Made by a program: the position numbers and the translations under genes
Assembly: GCA_963702205.1 (NCBI GenBank)
Contig: OY969724.1
Span: forward strand, 448,001-512,000
DNA: 64,000 nt
Source: an uncultured candidate division Zixibacteria bacterium
GTDB lineage: Bacteria > Zixibacteria > MSB-5A5 > GN15 > PGXB01
Direction of reading: 5' to 3'
The notes under the pieces: model-generated
The model's database searches: none
Seen by the model: only the letters and a program-made list of their open reading frames with translations
What the model was told of the DNA's origin: nothing
Shown here: positions 61,621 to 64,000 of the stretch, in pieces
How the letters are laid out: each line of letters starts with the position of its first letter
How positions within the stretch are numbered: the first letter of the stretch is position 1

Positions 61621-64000
61621 GTGACATTTGTAATATTGCGCCCGATCTTAATATTGATGGTTTTTCTGTGGGCTTTCATGTCTGCCGGAGCGGTCGATCT
61701 TGTCAATTCAAAGCCCGGTGTGACGGATCATCCCGAGCGAATTATAATAAAAATCAACCCTTCTCTTAAAATCACGCCTCAGTTGGACAAATCCGGAAAA
61801 CCGACCCTCGGCGTTCCAGCTGTCGATTCACTTCTTAAAGGGTATGAAATATCGAGCATGGAATCGTTGTGTAATTTGACAAATATCCGTGCCGGACACG
61901 GGGATATTGACAATATAATGATCCTCGATTTTTCCGACCCGGGCAGCGCGGCGGAATTTATGGCATCGGTGCCGTCACTGGATGAGGTGTCTTACGCTCA
62001 GATTGATTACGGGGCGAAGTTGTATGATACTCCCGATGACCCGCTGTATGCTCAACAATGGTATTTGGACAATACCAGCCAGTCGTACTATACGGTCGAA
62101 ATCGTTGAAGGGTGCAATAACGACGTCCAATCCACTACCAGCGGTACACCCGACGCCGATATAGACGCCGGTGAGGTATTGTCCAATCCTCCGTCGAATA
62201 CGGTCACCGTGGTAGTCGGAATAATCGACACCGGGGTCGACATGGATCACCCCGACCTGACCGGAAAAATATGGATAAACTCCGACGAAATTCCGTCTAA
62301 CGGCATCGACGACGATCACAACGGATACGTCGACGATATTAACGGTTGGGACTTTTCCGGAGCGGGAATGGTTCCGCCGGTCGAGGATAACGATCCGACC
62401 GACACTTTCGGTCACGGCACCCACTGTGCCGGAATTATCGGAGCCGTGACGGACAACGGCACTGGCATAGCCGGCATCGCCGATGACTGCCGCATAATGC
62501 CGCTGAAGTTTTACCCGATTCTGCTGTCATCATCGGCCGCCCGGGCCGTCATTTATGCCGCCGATAATGGCGCCGATGTCATCAGCATGAGTTTCGGCTA
62601 TCCCTGGCCGGTCCCGGTTCTCGCCGATGCCCTCGCCTATGCCCGTTCCAAAGGCGTCATCTGCTGTGCCGCCAGCGGTAACGACGGTATCGAGCGCTCC
62701 AATTATCCGGCCGCCACTCCGGGTATTATTACGGTCGGCGCTTCGACCAGCACCGATTTGGTGGCTTCGTTCTCGACGTACGGTCCCTTCCTTGATTTTG
62801 TCGCACCGGGGACGTCCATTCTGTCGCTGCGGGCCGGCGGCACCGACATGTACTCCGATTGTGAACCGAACGTACACATTGTTGACACCGATTATTATCT
62901 GGCCGACGGCACCAGCATGGCCTGCCCGGTGGTTGTCGGAACGATAGCCGGACTTTTAGCCGAAGCGCCGGGCCTGACTGAAGCCGCCGCTAAATCCGCT
63001 TTGATCGCTTCCGTCTTCGATATAGTACAACCTTACGATTCCGGTAACTATCCCGGATGGGATAAGTACAGCGGTTACGGGCGCGTCGATTATAACGACG
63101 CTCGTCAGCAGCTGCCGAATTTAAGGGCGAAAATCACCGGCCCGGATCAAAACGAAATCATCTCGGGTAGTGTCCCCATATACGGTATTGCCGACGGTTC
63201 AGACTTTTCAAACTATGTCCTCGAGTACGGTTCCGGACCGAACCCGGATTCGTGGCAACAGATAGCACAATCATCGACACCGGTCACCGATGGTTCTCTC
63301 GGCTCCTGGAATACGTTGTCTCTCAACGGACAGTACACCATCCGGCTCAGAAACGGAGCGAGCAATCGGGACCAGGTTACCGTATACGTCGTCAACGGTA
63401 CTATGGCTTCGATGGACAATATTCACTCTACCGACACCCTCGACGTCTGGACATATATTATGGGTTCGGCGATATGTCCGGCTTTCAAAAATTACGTGAT
63501 CGAATATCAGGCACTATCGCCGCCGTCGGGCTGGCAGACCATAGTCAGTTCCTCCATCCCGGTCGTGGATAATCTTTTGGCCGAATGGAACCCGGTTAAT
63601 CTGGACGAGGGCGATTATAACCTTCGCCTGACGGTTAATTCACAGAGCGGTGTCGAAGCTACCGTCGATGTCGATATTTACGTACGCTCTATATTCGCAT
63701 CGGATCAGGCCTGGAAGGTGTCGCTGCCTTACGATTTATCGCCTATGGCCAATTACGGCGATTTCGATAATGATGGCGTCAATGAAATTGTTGTCAGTAC
63801 GTCGCAGGGCGTGAAGTTTTTCGATCTCGACGGCAACGAAAAAACCGAAGGTATGCCGGTGACGCCTACGTACGACGACTGGATCCCGATCGCGGTGGGT
63901 GATCTCGACGGCGACCGCATAGATGATTTCGTGACCATCGACAAGCTCAGCAGCGGACGCTTGTTCGGGTACCCGTCGAGCGAACCCTCGTTCAATGTCA
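61621..64000 (+). CDS. Secreted S8 subtilisin-family protease with FG-GAP-like repeats (runs off window end)
   Basis: Not in ORF track. GTG 61621 frame contains IIDTGVD, GHGTHCAG, ASGND, GTSMACP, then GDFDNDGVNEIV and GDLDGDRIDDF. Confidence 0.92.
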   Translation, partial: MTFVILRPILILMVFLWAFMSAGAVDLVNSKPGVTDHPERIIIKINPSLKITPQLDKSGKPTLGVPAVDSLLKGYEISSMESLCNLTNIRAGHGDIDNIMILDFSDPGSAAEFMASVPSLDEVSYAQIDYGAKLYDTPDDPLYAQQWYLDNTSQSYYTVEIVEGCNNDVQSTTSGTPDADIDAGEVLSNPPSNTVTVVVGIIDTGVDMDHPDLTGKIWINSDEIPSNGIDDDHNGYVDDINGWDFSGAGMVPPVEDNDPTDTFGHGTHCAGIIGAVTDNGTGIAGIADDCRIMPLKFYPILLSSSAARAVIYAADNGADVISMSFGYPWPVPVLADALAYARSKGVICCAASGNDGIERSNYPAATPGIITVGASTSTDLVASFSTYGPFLDFVAPGTSILSLRAGGTDMYSDCEPNVHIVDTDYYLADGTSMACPVVVGTIAGLLAEAPGLTEAAAKSALIASVFDIVQPYDSGNYPGWDKYSGYGRVDYNDARQQLPNLRAKITGPDQNEIISGSVPIYGIADGSDFSNYVLEYGSGPNPDSWQQIAQSSTPVTDGSLGSWNTLSLNGQYTIRLRNGASNRDQVTVYVVNGTMASMDNIHSTDTLDVWTYIMGSAICPAFKNYVIEYQALSPPSGWQTIVSSSIPVVDNLLAEWNPVNLDEGDYNLRLTVNSQSGVEATVDVDIYVRSIFASDQAWKVSLPYDLSPMANYGDFDNDGVNEIVVSTSQGVKFFDLDGNEKTEGMPVTPTYDDWIPIAVGDLDGDRIDDFVTIDKLSSGRLFGYPSSEPSFNV

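Overview
Bacterial chromosomal window of moderate GC, from a diderm that is probably anaerobic (kdsB, TonB receptor, flavodiiron protein, CGGC protein). Gene style loosely suggests an FCB-group lineage such as Zixibacteria, which is a weak inference. Housekeeping content: kdsB-pyrG, a sigma54 two-component module, mltG-ruvX, mscL, tRNA-Leu-tig-clpP-clpX, ornithine aminotransferase, a trehalose operon (DUF5752-treT-otsB-otsA), a PEP-utiliser/histidine kinase/regulator/CBS operon, fprA plus two GT4 paralogues, pepF, sppA, an M16 peptidase, a KamA-family radical SAM enzyme, hflX, a LIM/DA1-like peptidase and a truncated S8 protease. Main findings: (1) an SbnI/SerK-like free-serine kinase gene directly upstream of a stand-alone TrpB2, suggesting a two-gene Ser -> O-phosphoserine -> Trp indole-salvage module; (2) an AT-rich three-gene island (PD-(D/E)XK-like protein, Ser/Thr kinase, 401-aa unknown) resembling an undescribed defence system, with its last gene split by an IS3 element; (3) a non-coding array of 7 units with exact 17-bp periodicity; (4) many intergenic REP-like hairpins, with a 153-bp MITE nested in one REP (4-bp TSD) and REP-anchored duplications; (5) four of five apparent frameshifts lie at GTAC, suggesting methylation-linked long-read errors rather than real pseudogenes. 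Family assignments come from motif recognition only; no database searches were run.
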